From NCBI GenBank assembly GCA_965261395.1, contig OZ253462.1, positions 1,888,001 through 1,952,000 of the forward strand: a stretch of DNA of 64,000 nucleotides. Reading direction: 5' to 3'. Source of the DNA: Candidatus Latescibacterota bacterium (lineage in GTDB: Bacteria > Latescibacterota > UBA2968 > UBA8231). The notes beneath the pieces were generated by a model. It worked only from the letters and a program-made list of their open reading frames with translations. It did no database searches and was not told the DNA's origin. Positions 1-11,130 of the stretch are shown here, one piece after another (position 1 is the first letter of the stretch; each line of letters starts with the position of its first letter). Position numbers and translations under genes: made by a program.

Positions 1-583
1 CGAGCACGTCGCCGAGCTGGTGGCCGCCACCGTCGAGCGCTGGGGCCGCCTCGACATCGTCGTGCCCAACGCCGGCATCAACGGAGTCTTCGCCCCTATC
101 GAGGACATCACCCCTGAGGAGTGGGATCAGACGCAGAACATCAACGTGCGCGGCACCTTCCTCACCGTTAAATACGCCATCCCCCACCTGCGCGCGGCTG
201 GCGGCGGCAGCATCGTCGTCTCCTCGGTCAACGGCAACCGCATCTTCTCCAATTTCGGCTTCACCTCGTATTCCTGCTCCAAGGCCGCCCAAGTGACCTT
301 CGCCAAAATGGCCGCGGTCGAGCTGGCGCAGTGGGACATTCGCATCAATGTCGTCTGCCCTGGTGCCACCAAAACCAGCATCGGCGAGAACACCTTTCCT
401 CGCAACATCGACAAGATTCGCATCCCCCGAGAGTTCCCCCAGGGCATGATCCCCCTACAACAACGCGCCGCCAGCGCCGAGGAGGTGGCCAACGCCATTC
501 TCTTTTTGGCGTCGGACGAGGCTAGCTATATCACGGGAACCGAGATGTATGTAGATGGGGCGCTGTCGCTGTTTCAGGGGTGA
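1..583 (+). CDS. SDR family oxidoreductase (5' end outside window)
   Basis: NAG motif, YSCSK catalytic YxxxK, C-terminal ITGTEMYVDG; reading frame open from window start. Confidence 0.9.
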   Translation, partial: EHVAELVAATVERWGRLDIVVPNAGINGVFAPIEDITPEEWDQTQNINVRGTFLTVKYAIPHLRAAGGGSIVVSSVNGNRIFSNFGFTSYSCSKAAQVTFAKMAAVELAQWDIRINVVCPGATKTSIGENTFPRNIDKIRIPREFPQGMIPLQQRAASAEEVANAILFLASDEASYITGTEMYVDGALSLFQG

Positions 584-620
584 GATTACGGGGTATAAGC
601 ACCTGTGGGACCCTTGCTTC

Positions 621-656
621 ATTGCATTATGAATTGCATTATGACTTGTATTATAA
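621..656. repeat. 12-bp tandem repeat ATTGCATTATGA x2 plus one degenerate copy
   Basis: Read directly; a second 12-bp duplication (TTCGTGCTATAC x2) lies at 785-808. Confidence 0.8.
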
Positions 657-1098
657 CGTGAGTTCGGGATAAGCAGAGGGGCAAAAGCTCGACAGGCTAG
701 TTTTTCGGTTCAAATTGAGCGCGCTTTGATCTTTAGTTGATCACCAAGCTCAAAACCAACATTTCTTGGTTGACAGAGGGAATTTTCGTGCTATACTTCG
801 TGCTATACTGTAAACGTATACATTACAAACGTATCTACTAAGCAAGTGCCACCAACCTAAAAACCAGCCTAAAAAGCGATGCACAACTCCAGTTAGAAGG
901 CCGCTTAACCCGAACTCACTTTATTATAAGCTGTTAGAGTATTCGGAATACTCTACGGAAAAGGTCGCAAAAAAAGCCAATCTCCGTTTGACGAAACGGA
1001 CATTCCCTGTCCGGTTTGAGTGTATCTTTATCCGACGGAAGATCGGGCCATGCCGACACCGACATGGACCCAAATCGAAATTACAGGAGGCTGATCCC

Positions 1099-3263
1099 AT
1101 GAAAACTCTCGTTCGTCATTCCGCCCTTTTCACGTTAATCGGCCTTATTCTCTCGCCGCTGGCGATGGCCCATGCGTCAGAAACTGCAGACCATAACGTA
1201 ATGCTAAGGGTTGTACGCGTTACTCCAGATTGGATGCCTTTTGCCTCTGCAAGTGGATGGACTCGAGCTGTCCCACTAAGGGAGAGTGAAATTCTCAAAT
1301 TTTATGAAGTGGCTATATGGGACGAAACTTCTTCGGTGCATCTTTATGAACTCCCCAATGATTACGAAGCGCACGACGAAGCGCACGACGAGGTTTGGGA
1401 TGGTCAATCTTATGTGCGAGTACCTGATGAAGAAAGGATTGCCTATCGGGAGCAATTCCTGATAAGCAAATATACAGACATGCCACAAGCTTCTACCGAC
1501 GAGAGAAGTGCCTTCCTAAAATCGGCATTCATGGATATCGCATCATATCTGGTGAGTCGGCATCCAAATTCAGACCATCATTTGGAATACTATGGACATG
1601 GAGGGCCTGGAGGTGCGCTTTTTGAGGTGCAGTTGAAGTATGATCACGCTCATGAGTTTCTGAATTTCTGGAGCCAGTCATTGGGGAAGCCATTAGGCGT
1701 GATTGACATGGGGGACCGTGTACCAAAGGCAGTTTCACCGATATAGATAATTTCTGTACGTCTGCAAGATATTACGTCGCTTCGGATCTGCCCAATGGGG
1801 GATACACATTAGATAATTGGGATTTTGAGAAACACCAAGAAACCAGACCTGACGTACAATATCATAATCTGTTTTCCGTCAACGCAAATCTCGAAGAAGC
1901 ATTAAAAGGTCGTATCGACTTGAAGAGAACGAGATACGAAGGTTCGAGAAACAATATGATAACAAATCGAATCCCTCGAGCGAATTATCTCTATTCGTGT
2001 GCTGAATTTAACAAATTTAGCCCTAACTTCAAATCATTCTTCTCCAGTGCAGGTGTTGATTATCGTAGAGGCGATGACTTATACCAGTATCTGATTGATA
2101 ACAATGCTTCGCCAACTCTTGTCGAACAGTTTAACAAAGTAATTGTGCATAAGGTGGACAATAAAGATTTCTTTGAATGGAGCGAAGTACGCAATGGAAT
2201 GCTAATGCCCGTTCCGGGGCTTCTATTTCGGCCGCTGGGCAGCGAGCCGGGGACCAACACCGTTGCGGCCACCGTTGAGGGGCTTGAAGCAGAGACCTTT
2301 ACAGCTACGGCTATCGAGCAAACTCCCCATAGCCTGACGAAGGTCTCCGGCGATGGACAAGAAGGGCTGGCCGGCATTGCATTAGCCGCGCCGTTTGTCG
2401 TTTCAGTGTTGGATGAGGATGACGAGGCGATTGCCGGGGTGGTCGTCACCTTTTCGGTCACCGGCGGTGGGGGGATTCTCTCGTCCACCACCGCCACCAC
2501 CGATGCCAACGGCCAAGCTACCACGACGCTAACGCTGACACTGGGCAGCGATGCGGAGACCACCACCGTTGCGGCTACTGTTGAGGGGCTTGAATCCGTG
2601 ACCTTTACCGTTACCGCCGTCGGGCAAGCAACTCCCGACAGTCTGGCGAAGGTCTCCGGCGATGGACAAGAAGGGCTGGCTGGCGCGGTGTTGGCTGAGC
2701 CATTTGTGGTTTCGGTGTTGGATGAGGATGGCGCGGCGATTGCCGGAGCGGTCGTCACCTTTTCGGTCACCGCCGGTGGGGGGACGCTGTCGGCCACTAC
2801 CGCTACTACCGATGCCAACGGCCAAGCCAGAAGCAGGCTGACGCTGGGCAGCGATGCGGGGACCAACACGGTTTCGGCCACTGTTGAGGGGCTGGAGCCG
2901 GTGACCTTTACCGCTACCGGGCAAAAGTCGCCTTTCGCTAGTCTTTTCGACCTTTTTGGGGGTGGCAAGCTGGTGGCCTTGCCCGATAGCCCGCAGTTGG
3001 CGCAAAATGCGCCCAATCCCTTCAACAGCCAGACGGTTCTTGCCTACTTCTTGCCCGCCCCCGGTCCGACGCACGTGGAAGTATTCGCGCTGAACGGGCA
3101 ACGGGTGGTGGTCTTGCACCAAGGGCCGCAGCAGGCCGGCTATCACCGACTCCATTGGGACGCTCGGGACGACGCAGGTCGCCCTGTCGCCAGCGGCATG
3201 TACCTATACAGGCTAGTGACCGACGAAGTCGTGTTGACGCGCAAGCTCATCCTGCTGCGTTGA
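1099..3263 (+). CDS. Secreted clostripain-like (clan CD) peptidase domain + Big_1-type Ig repeats + FlgD-like C-terminal domain; frameshift at ~1711
   Basis: GGAGG RBS and signal peptide at 1099; YYGHGG motif; adding one G to the G-run at 1710-1714 gives DMGGPC and an open frame into ORF 1920-3263; QNAPNPFN...ASGMYLYRL C-terminus. Confidence 0.7.
2331..2919 (+). repeat. Intragenic tandem repeat (~309 bp unit) encoding invasin/intimin-like Ig domains
   Basis: SLxKVSGDGQEGLAG...TTDANGQA repeated from 2331 and 2640. Confidence 0.85.
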
Positions 3264-3286
3264 TTGTGGTCGCGCAGGGCCGCCCG

Positions 3287-4063
3287 TCAAAAAGCCGTCG
3301 GCCGGCCCTGCGCTCCATCCACTGGGATCATCGCTCCATTGATCCAATTCGCGCGCTCGGACACCAGAAACGCCACCACATCCGCCACCTCTTCTGGCGT
3401 CCCCAAGCGCCCAGCGGGCAGATCCCGTTCCACAAACTGTGCAAAGCGCTCGGGCTGCTCCTCCTGAAAACGCGCCCATCCACCGCCGGAAAAAAATATC
3501 GATCCCGGCGCGACGGTGTTGACCCGCACCCCGCATTCGGCCAACTCCAGCGCCAGCGCACCGGCGAGAAAAATCTCTGCGGCCTTCGCGCTTCCATACT
3601 GTGCCTTGGGGCCGGGCTTCCACCCCGAGATCGACGAGACGATCACCACCGCGCCCCCACCGCGCTGCCGCATGTAGGGCAGCGCCGCCCGCGTCGTGCG
3701 CACGGCGTGGAGCACGTTTAGATCAAAGGTTTCCTCCCAGTCCTCATCAGTGGTTTCGAGCAGGCTCTGTCCGCCGGCCGCCCCACCCACATTGTTGACC
3801 AAAATATCCACGCCTCCCCACTCGGCCGCGCAGCGCTCGACAACGGCTTCCACGTCCGACCGCGAGCGCACATCGGCAACCTCGGCGATGGCTTCAGCCC
3901 CAGTGGCCCGCACTTGTTGCAATGCGCGTTCGAGCAGCTCTTGGTCGCGGGCGCAAATCGCCACCTTGCACCCCTCATTAGCCAGCGCCAACGCAATCGC
4001 CCGGCCAATTCCCCGACTCCCTCCAGTTATCAGGGCAATTTTGTCTTTCAGTCCTAGATCCAT
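3287..4063 (-). CDS. SDR family oxidoreductase
   Basis: TGGSRGIG, NNVG, YGSAK motifs. Confidence 0.9.
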   Translation of the reverse strand: MDLGLKDKIALITGGSRGIGRAIALALANEGCKVAICARDQELLERALQQVRATGAEAIAEVADVRSRSDVEAVVERCAAEWGGVDILVNNVGGAAGGQSLLETTDEDWEETFDLNVLHAVRTTRAALPYMRQRGGGAVVIVSSISGWKPGPKAQYGSAKAAEIFLAGALALELAECGVRVNTVAPGSIFFSGGGWARFQEEQPERFAQFVERDLPAGRLGTPEEVADVVAFLVSERANWINGAMIPVDGAQGRPTAF

Positions 4064-5211
4064 TACGACCTCCTTTGTGCAAAACGGGAAAGACGCAGGA
4101 ATTCGATGGGATGTTTGGTATCGCCATCCAGCGCCAATTCAGCCAAAATTTCGCCTACCACCGAAGCGAATTTGAAGCCGTGGCCGGAAAAACCCGCCCC
4201 CAGCACCACGGCCGGGCATTCGGGGTGGATGTCCAAAACGAAGTTCTTATCTGGCGTCAGCGAATACATGCAGGTGGCGTGTTTGCTCAGCTCTGGTTGC
4301 AGCGCGGGAAAGAACCGCGCGAGAAAATCGAGGACGCAGGGCTGATCGCCTTCAGCCAAGGCGCGATTGAGGCGGAGCGGGTCGGCTACCGGGTCGTGCG
4401 ACACATTGTGCTCGGCCAACTTTAGGCCCCACGGCGCTTCGGCGGGGAAACCATAGAAGTACTGTTCGCCGTCAGCGATGAAGAAGCAGGGGAACGCACC
4501 GCGCGCGTATTGCTCCACGCCGCGCCCTTGGTACCACAACTGCACCTTGCGCACCACGCACGCCGCGACGCCTAGTCGGCATAGCTCCGGCACCGCCCAA
4601 GCCCCGGTTGCCAGCACCAACCGCGCGGCGAGCAAGCGTCGGCGCTCGGTTTCCACTACCACTCCTTCACCCTCGCGCCGCCAAGACAGCATGACCTCCC
4701 CGTCGTAGAGCTTTGCGCCGTGCTTCCGGGCCAACGCGACATGCCGACGGACGCAGTCCTCGACCCGGAGAAAGCCGCCTAGGGGATCGTAAAAGCCACT
4801 CCATTCCTCGGGCAAGGCCAAGCCGGGGTAACGCGCGCCAATGGCTGCTGTATCGAGTTGTTCGTGCGGCAGGTCGTGCGCCTGATAACAGGCTGCCTGT
4901 CCCTGCATCGCCTCCGCGTCGGGATCGCCGGCCACCAGTAACCCGACGCGGGCAAAAAGTTCCCCCGCCTCTTCGGCCTCTAGCTCCTCCCACAGCGCGT
5001 AGGCCCGGTGCAACAGGGGCACGTAGTCGGGATGCTCCATATAGGCTTTGCGGATGATGCGAGTGTCCCCGTGCGAAGACCCTTGGTCGTGGGCTATGCC
5101 AAAGCGCTCTACCGCGCAGGCGCGGATGCCGCGACGCGCCAAGTGGTACAGCGCGGCACTGCCCATGCCGCCGGCCCCTGCGACGATGACATCGTATTGT
5201 TCTGTGATCAT
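4063..5211 (-). CDS. solA: N-methyl-L-tryptophan/monomeric sarcosine oxidase family
   Basis: GAGGMG FAD motif, GSSHGDTRIIR, CMY, GFSGHGFKF. Confidence 0.85.
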   Translation of the reverse strand: MITEQYDVIVAGAGGMGSAALYHLARRGIRACAVERFGIAHDQGSSHGDTRIIRKAYMEHPDYVPLLHRAYALWEELEAEEAGELFARVGLLVAGDPDAEAMQGQAACYQAHDLPHEQLDTAAIGARYPGLALPEEWSGFYDPLGGFLRVEDCVRRHVALARKHGAKLYDGEVMLSWRREGEGVVVETERRRLLAARLVLATGAWAVPELCRLGVAACVVRKVQLWYQGRGVEQYARGAFPCFFIADGEQYFYGFPAEAPWGLKLAEHNVSHDPVADPLRLNRALAEGDQPCVLDFLARFFPALQPELSKHATCMYSLTPDKNFVLDIHPECPAVVLGAGFSGHGFKFASVVGEILAELALDGDTKHPIEFLRLSRFAQRRS

Positions 5212-5362
5212 TATCGATTATACCTCCACCTATTTCCCCAAGAGAAAAGGGCCTTGATTCAAACTTCAAACTTCCCCCATCGTCCGCAACCCACAACTTG
5301 ACGCTGCTAGCCCTAACCGCGATACTTTTTTGTCTATATCAACTCCAACTCAGGGCTTACCC

Positions 5363-5926
5363 GTGCGCATCGTCACTGGCACTTATCGCGGTCGGCAGAT
5401 TCCCTCCGGGCGACGCCTGCGCCAGATCCGCCTCACGTCCACGCGCCTCAAAGAAGCCGTATTCTCCATGCTCGGTCCCAACTTAAAGGGCCGCACCTTC
5501 CTCGATCTGTGTGCTGGCTCGGGCCAGATGGGACTCGAAGCGCTGAGCCGGGGCGCGAGCGTCGAGCTCAACGAGCCAGATCACCGGCGGCGACAGCATA
5601 TCCGCGCGCTGCTCTACCAATGGAAAGCCGGCGTCGCGGGCCTACACTCGCTCAAGGCCCAACACCTCATCCCCCAATTGGCAGCGACCGGCCGCCGCTT
5701 CGACATCGTGTACGCCGACCCCCCATACCACGCTCGCTACTGCGGTGCCCCGCTCCTGCTCGGCCTAATCGAAACTCTCGGGGAATCCGCGCTCTTTAAC
5801 GACGCGGGCCTGCTGTTCGTGCAGCACCAAATCGACTTGGACGTGCCCGAGCAGAGTGGTCGCCTCGCGCTCACCCAACAACGGACCTACGGCAATACCG
5901 CCCTCAGCATCTATAGCCTCACCTAA
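5363..5926 (+). CDS. rsmD: 16S rRNA m2G966 methyltransferase RsmD family
   Basis: RIVTGTYRGR, LDLCAGSG, EALSRGA, DPPY; GTG start inferred. Confidence 0.85.
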   Translation: MRIVTGTYRGRQIPSGRRLRQIRLTSTRLKEAVFSMLGPNLKGRTFLDLCAGSGQMGLEALSRGASVELNEPDHRRRQHIRALLYQWKAGVAGLHSLKAQHLIPQLAATGRRFDIVYADPPYHARYCGAPLLLGLIETLGESALFNDAGLLFVQHQIDLDVPEQSGRLALTQQRTYGNTALSIYSLT

Positions 5927-5930
5927 TCCC

Positions 5931-7028
5931 ATGAAAATCACTCACGTCGAAGCCATACCCGTGCGCGTGCCAAGGCCGCAGCCTTTCCAAAGCAGCCTCG
6001 GCACGCACCAAGCCTCTGAAAACGCCGTCGTCTTAATCCACACCGATGCCGGCCTCACCGGCCTCGGCGAAGCCTCCAGCATCTGGGACCGCCGCGGACG
6101 CGGGGAAAGCGAGGCCATCAACGGGCTGCTCGCCGATGTGCTCCGTGGTTTGGACCCGCGCCGCATCCGCGAGATCGCCGACCGCATGAATCAGGTCCTC
6201 CACCACTCCTTCCCGGCCAAGGCCGGCATTGAAATGGCCCTCTACGACTTGGTCGGCAAAGCCTGCGGCGTGCCCGTTTACCAACTGCTAGGTGGCCTAG
6301 TCCGCGACCGCGTGTTGCTGAGTCATTCGCTGTCCATGGGCGATCCCACAGCCATTGCCGCCCAAGCCCAGAGCCTAGTGGCGCAAGGGTACAAGACCCT
6401 CAAGGCCAAGATCGGGCGGGACATTCGCGCCGACCTAGCCGTGCTCGCAGCCGTGCGCAACGCAATCGGCAGTGAGGTCGTCCTGCGCGTAGATGCCAAC
6501 ATGGGCTGGTCCTCCGCCAAGGAAGCCCTGCGCCACATCGAGGCAATCGCAGACTTTGACTTGGAGCTGGTCGAGCAGCCCTTAGCAGCCGACGACTTAG
6601 AGGGATTGCGCTTTGTCCGCGAGCGCGTCTCGCTGCCCATCATGGCCGACGAGAGCGTTTGGACCCCGGCCGACGCCCTCAACTGCATCCGCCACCAAGC
6701 CGTCGATGTCTTCAACGTGTACGTGTCGGAAGCCGGCGGCTTGGGTGCGGCCGCGCGCATCTTCGCCATTGCCGAAGCGGCGCGCCTGCCCTGTATCATC
6801 GGCAGTATGCCCGAGCTGGGGATCGGCACGGCGGCCCAAGCCCACCTCGCCTTTGCCATGCCCAACTTGGGCTACGCCAGCGACGTGAACGGCTGCGTCT
6901 ATCACAGCGGCGACGTCATCCGCGAAAAGCTGCCCATCGCCGATGGGTACATCCTCCCGCCAGCCGGCCCGGGCCTCGGCGTCACCCTCGACGAGGACGC
7001 ACTCGCAGAATATCGCTGCGACCGCTGA
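5931..7028 (+). CDS. Muconate cycloisomerase/dipeptide epimerase-like enolase superfamily enzyme
   Basis: KAKIG (KxK), DAN, EQP, DES metal ligands, GPGLG. Confidence 0.85.
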   Translation: MKITHVEAIPVRVPRPQPFQSSLGTHQASENAVVLIHTDAGLTGLGEASSIWDRRGRGESEAINGLLADVLRGLDPRRIREIADRMNQVLHHSFPAKAGIEMALYDLVGKACGVPVYQLLGGLVRDRVLLSHSLSMGDPTAIAAQAQSLVAQGYKTLKAKIGRDIRADLAVLAAVRNAIGSEVVLRVDANMGWSSAKEALRHIEAIADFDLELVEQPLAADDLEGLRFVRERVSLPIMADESVWTPADALNCIRHQAVDVFNVYVSEAGGLGAAARIFAIAEAARLPCIIGSMPELGIGTAAQAHLAFAMPNLGYASDVNGCVYHSGDVIREKLPIADGYILPPAGPGLGVTLDEDALAEYRCDR

Positions 7029-7780
7029 TGCGCTTCCGGCCCTGTATCGACCTGCACGAGGGGCGAGTCAAGCAGATCGTCGGCACCAGCCTACGCGACG
7101 GCATTGCCCCCCAAACCCACTTCATCGCCCCCCATCCTCCGGCTTACTTTGCGGCACGCTATGGCCGCGACCAGCTCTTCGGCGGCCACGTCATCATGCT
7201 CGGCCTAGGCAACGAGGACGCGGCCGCACAGGCATTGGCCGCCTTCCCCGAAGGCTTGCAAATCGGCGGCGGCATCCGCCCCGACAACGCCGCGGCTTGG
7301 CTCAGCCGTGGTGCCGCGCAGGTGATCGTCACTTCCTATGTCTTTAGCGACGGCCAGCTTCACCGTAGCCGATTGGCACACATGGTGGCTGCGGTGGGGC
7401 GCGAGCGACTGGTCTTAGACCTTAGTTGCAGCAAACGCGATGGGAGCTACGTGGTGATGACCAACCGCTGGCAAAAGGCCACGGACTTTGCGCTCAGCGC
7501 GGACAACTTGGCACTCCTCGCCGAGTCTTGCAGCGAATTCCTCATTCACGCCACCGGGGTCGAGGGCAAGCAGCAGGGAGTCGATGCCGAACTCGTCGCG
7601 CTCTTGGGCGAGATCGCGACGCTGCCGACGACGTATGCCGGCGGCGTGTGTAGCATCGCGGACATCGAGATTATCCGCCGGCTCGGCCAAGGGAAACTGG
7701 ATTTTACGGTGGGAGCAGCGCTGGATATTTTCGGAGGGACAGGGCTGCGCTACGAGGATATGGTATTGATTCGCGGTTAG
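7028..7780 (+). CDS. hisA: ProFAR isomerase, His6 (eukaryote-like) type
   Basis: MRFRPCIDLHEGRVKQIVG, GGHVIMLG, LVLDLSC, EFLIHA..VEGK. Confidence 0.85.
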   Translation: MRFRPCIDLHEGRVKQIVGTSLRDGIAPQTHFIAPHPPAYFAARYGRDQLFGGHVIMLGLGNEDAAAQALAAFPEGLQIGGGIRPDNAAAWLSRGAAQVIVTSYVFSDGQLHRSRLAHMVAAVGRERLVLDLSCSKRDGSYVVMTNRWQKATDFALSADNLALLAESCSEFLIHATGVEGKQQGVDAELVALLGEIATLPTTYAGGVCSIADIEIIRRLGQGKLDFTVGAALDIFGGTGLRYEDMVLIRG

Positions 7781-9114
7781 TGCCCAGACAGCTTAAACAG
7801 ATTGATCGCCGTAAAATTAATAATCGCCCAGATCGTAAACAGCAGTGCCAACTCGGTCCACAGCGACATCCGCTCGTCTTTGGGCACCCGCATCGCCAGA
7901 TGCAGCACCGCGTAGGCCATCGGGATCAGCAACAAATTGTTGGCATTGGCCCCTTTGAGTACAAAGTCGAGGGTGCGCGGATCGAACAATATGAAAAGCA
8001 GCCAGCCAAACGGGAAGCCAATTTGGAAAATGCGGATCCAGCGGCGGTAGCCCTCTTCTTCGGCGAGCGCGCTCACCCCTAGTTGTCGCAGAAAGTCGGC
8101 ACCGATCCGCCCCGAAGAAGCAGCGAAGACCAGCAGCGTGGAAAAAAGCGTGCAAAATCCCCCGAACATAAAGAGATAATACGCCCCGCCGCCGAGGCTC
8201 TCGGTGAAAATTAGCGAGACTTGCTCGACGACCTTCATGCCTTCGGGCAGGACTTGTAGCTGATTGAGCACCGACGCGCCCAGCAGGTAATACGCGCAAG
8301 TGACCGCCAGCGCAATGCCCGTACACACGCCCGCATCTGTGACCAAGACCCGCATCCAGCCCCGGTAGCGCGCCTGCCATTCGGGGCTATCGTCTTTTGG
8401 CCCGACGAAATCCGGGTAGCCTTTTTCCACGATCCAATAGGGATACATGAAAAGCTCGACTGCGGTTGCGCCGACCGACCCCATCACCGCAAGGGCCACA
8501 AACGCGCCTTCGGCTGGCATGGCAAAGCGGAAGCCCGAGGCGATTTGCGCGCTGCTGATTGCGTAGCTCGTACCTTGCAGTGCGAGCACCGAGCCGACGA
8601 CGACCAAGCTGAAGGTCGCCACCAGCACAGCGACCATTTTCTCCAAGTCGCCGTATAGCCCTCGCCACAGCAAAACCGACATGGCGAGGAAGATTACTAC
8701 CGCCCATATCTGTTCGGACGCAAAGGGGAAAACCGCGACCATCAGCCCGGCCACCGACCCCAAGATGCCGATGACGGCCACCGTCACCGAGAAGTAGCCT
8801 ACCACGCACAGCCAAGCGATCCACGAGGTGCCGCGCCAGCGCGCGCCCGGCACTTGGTCGAGGATTTGCACGGTACTGCTCTTGCGCAACAGGCACTGCC
8901 GGCCCAATTCGAGCTGAATCACAAATTTGACCAAACAGGCCAAGATCACGCCCCAGAGGAAGACAAAGCCGACCTCGGCTCCCATCCGCGTCGTCACCAA
9001 CAACTCGCCTGAGCCAACCACCGACCCAGAGACAACGACGCCGGGACCGATATTGCGTAAGAAGCCACCAAAATGAGTCGGGGCCTCGCGGATGCTGCTT
9101 TGCGTGCTGTCCAT
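7777..9114 (-). CDS. NRAMP-like secondary transporter
   Basis: IGPGVVVSGSVVGSGEL motif, about 11 hydrophobic segments. Confidence 0.75.
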   Translation of the reverse strand: MDSTQSSIREAPTHFGGFLRNIGPGVVVSGSVVGSGELLVTTRMGAEVGFVFLWGVILACLVKFVIQLELGRQCLLRKSSTVQILDQVPGARWRGTSWIAWLCVVGYFSVTVAVIGILGSVAGLMVAVFPFASEQIWAVVIFLAMSVLLWRGLYGDLEKMVAVLVATFSLVVVGSVLALQGTSYAISSAQIASGFRFAMPAEGAFVALAVMGSVGATAVELFMYPYWIVEKGYPDFVGPKDDSPEWQARYRGWMRVLVTDAGVCTGIALAVTCAYYLLGASVLNQLQVLPEGMKVVEQVSLIFTESLGGGAYYLFMFGGFCTLFSTLLVFAASSGRIGADFLRQLGVSALAEEEGYRRWIRIFQIGFPFGWLLFILFDPRTLDFVLKGANANNLLLIPMAYAVLHLAMRVPKDERMSLWTELALLFTIWAIINFTAINLFKLSGH

Positions 9115-9202
9115 GTATTGCGCTCCGTTTTGTCGTCTGGGGCCGCGAGCGTCTCGCCTGCAAAAGCGGCTTTAAGATAGGGACTTACTAACCGTTGGCC
9201 AC

Positions 9203-10027
9203 TCAAAAACCAGCCACAATCCCCCGCAACCCCTCGGCATATTGCCCAAGCACTGCATCGGCCCGATCGCCGCTGCCGCGCTTATAGATCACTTCCACCG
9301 AGCAATACCCAGCAAATCCAGCCTCAGCGAGTAGGCGCAGCGGCTCGGCGTGATCGAATACACCCGCGCCCAGCACATCGCTGACCTGCACCTTGCCATC
9401 GACGATCATCCCGTCGTGGGCGTGGATGTGGCGTGTGTGCGCGCCCAGCAGCCGGAAGCTCTCGGCTGGCTCTTCCAACATTCGCTGCGTGTGCATAAAA
9501 TCCCACAGTACCTGCAAATTCGGGTGCCCAGCCCGCTCGACGACCGCGCGCACCGGGGCCGAGCAGCACCAATCGTCATGCGTCTCCAGCAGCAACGTCA
9601 CACCGCGTCCAGCCGCCACAGGCAATACCTGCGCAAAACCCTCCACCACGTAATCGACGACCGCAGTCCATTCGCGGCTCCGGTCGCGCTGGCCGCCGAA
9701 AACCCGCATCAAGCCACAGCCCAAATCAGCCGCTAGGTCAATGTACTTTTTTACGTCCTCCACGTGCCCGGCCCGCTCCGCCGCGTCGGGCACCGCCATC
9801 CGCGCACCCGTAGCAATACAACAAATTTCCAAGCCCTCGTCTTCCATTCGCCGGCGAATTTCTCGCCGCTCTTTGGCCGCAAGCGCAGCCTCAATGCCGC
9901 AGGCATGATCCCACTCGACTCGCGGCTCAAATCCCTGATAGCCGTGCCGCTTCATGCCGGCGACGACCTCGTCCAAGGTCCAGTCCGGACATGCGCTGCT
10001 CATAGTCGCCAATCTGATCATTGTCAC
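9203..10027 (-). CDS. Sugar phosphate isomerase/epimerase (xylose-isomerase-like TIM barrel)
   Basis: LLETHD, WDFMH, HIHAHD, SVE metal ligands. Confidence 0.85.
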   Translation of the reverse strand: MTMIRLATMSSACPDWTLDEVVAGMKRHGYQGFEPRVEWDHACGIEAALAAKERREIRRRMEDEGLEICCIATGARMAVPDAAERAGHVEDVKKYIDLAADLGCGLMRVFGGQRDRSREWTAVVDYVVEGFAQVLPVAAGRGVTLLLETHDDWCCSAPVRAVVERAGHPNLQVLWDFMHTQRMLEEPAESFRLLGAHTRHIHAHDGMIVDGKVQVSDVLGAGVFDHAEPLRLLAEAGFAGYCSVEVIYKRGSGDRADAVLGQYAEGLRGIVAGF

Positions 10028-10134
10028 TTATTCTCCTCATTAGCGTTGCGGATTTAACGAATGGACAGGAGAGACGGGATTTTATTGTTTTATCCCATCC
10101 CATTTAAACACCCTCAATTGATGCAAGGCCCCTC

Positions 10135-11130
10135 ATGCAAATCGGCACTACCCTCACTCGCTTCATCATCGAAGAAGAGCGGCAGCACCCCGAAGCCACC
10201 GGCGAATTCACCGGCTTGCTCACCGACCTGAGCATTGCCGCCAAAATCATCGCCCGCGACGTCAACAAGGCCGGTCTCGCCGAGGTAATGGGCATCACCG
10301 GCCGCACCAACGTCCACGGCGAAGAGGTGCAAAAACTCGACGAGTTCGCCAATGCGCTCATCATCAGCACCACCGACCACACCGGGCGGCTGGCCGGCAT
10401 GGCCTCCGAAGAGATGGAAGACATTTACCCCATCCCGGAAAAACACCCGCGCGGCAACTACATCCTCGTCTTCGATCCGGTTGACGGCTCGTCCAATATA
10501 GACGTGAACGTCTCCATCGGCACCATCTTCTCCATCTACCGCAAGACAAGCACCGACAGCGTTGCCCACAGCGACTTCCTCCGCCGCGGCCGCGAGCAAG
10601 TCTGCGCCGGCTACATCATCTACGGCTCCAGCACTATGCTGGTTTATACCACCGGCAGCGGCAGCCACGGCTTTACCCTCGACCCAAGCCTCGGCGAATT
10701 TCTGCTTTCCAACGAGCACATCGAAATCCCCAGGAAAGGTCAGTACTACAGCGCCAACGAGGGCAATTATCCCAGGTGGGATGCGCCGGTGCGCCGCTAC
10801 GTCGATCAGCTCAAAGAAGGTCCGCAATCCTACTCGGCGCGCTACATCGGCTCGCTCGTGGCCGACTTCCACCGCAACCTGCTCAAGGGCGGCATCTTCC
10901 TCTACCCCGGCGACAGCAAGTCGCCCAACGGCAAGCTGCGGCTCTTGTACGAAGCGGCCCCTCTCGCCTTTGTCGTCGAACAAGCTGGCGGCGCGGCCTC
11001 CAACGGAACCCAGCCCATCATGGACTTGCAGGCGACCGAGCTGCACCAACGGACGCCGCTGTTCATCGGCAGCAGAGACGACGTGACCACACTGGAGCAA
11101 TTCGTGCGCGGCGAGCGGGGAACAGCGTGA
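10135..11130 (+). CDS. fbp: Fructose-1,6-bisphosphatase class 1
   Basis: [35 protein letters not shown]. Confidence 0.96.
   Translation: MQIGTTLTRFIIEEERQHPEATGEFTGLLTDLSIAAKIIARDVNKAGLAEVMGITGRTNVHGEEVQKLDEFANALIISTTDHTGRLAGMASEEMEDIYPIPEKHPRGNYILVFDPVDGSSNIDVNVSIGTIFSIYRKTSTDSVAHSDFLRRGREQVCAGYIIYGSSTMLVYTTGSGSHGFTLDPSLGEFLLSNEHIEIPRKGQYYSANEGNYPRWDAPVRRYVDQLKEGPQSYSARYIGSLVADFHRNLLKGGIFLYPGDSKSPNGKLRLLYEAAPLAFVVEQAGGAASNGTQPIMDLQATELHQRTPLFIGSRDDVTTLEQFVRGERGTA

Noticed and set aside
621-808. CRISPR array
   Set aside because: Repeats are contiguous 12-mers without spacers, and no cas genes are present.
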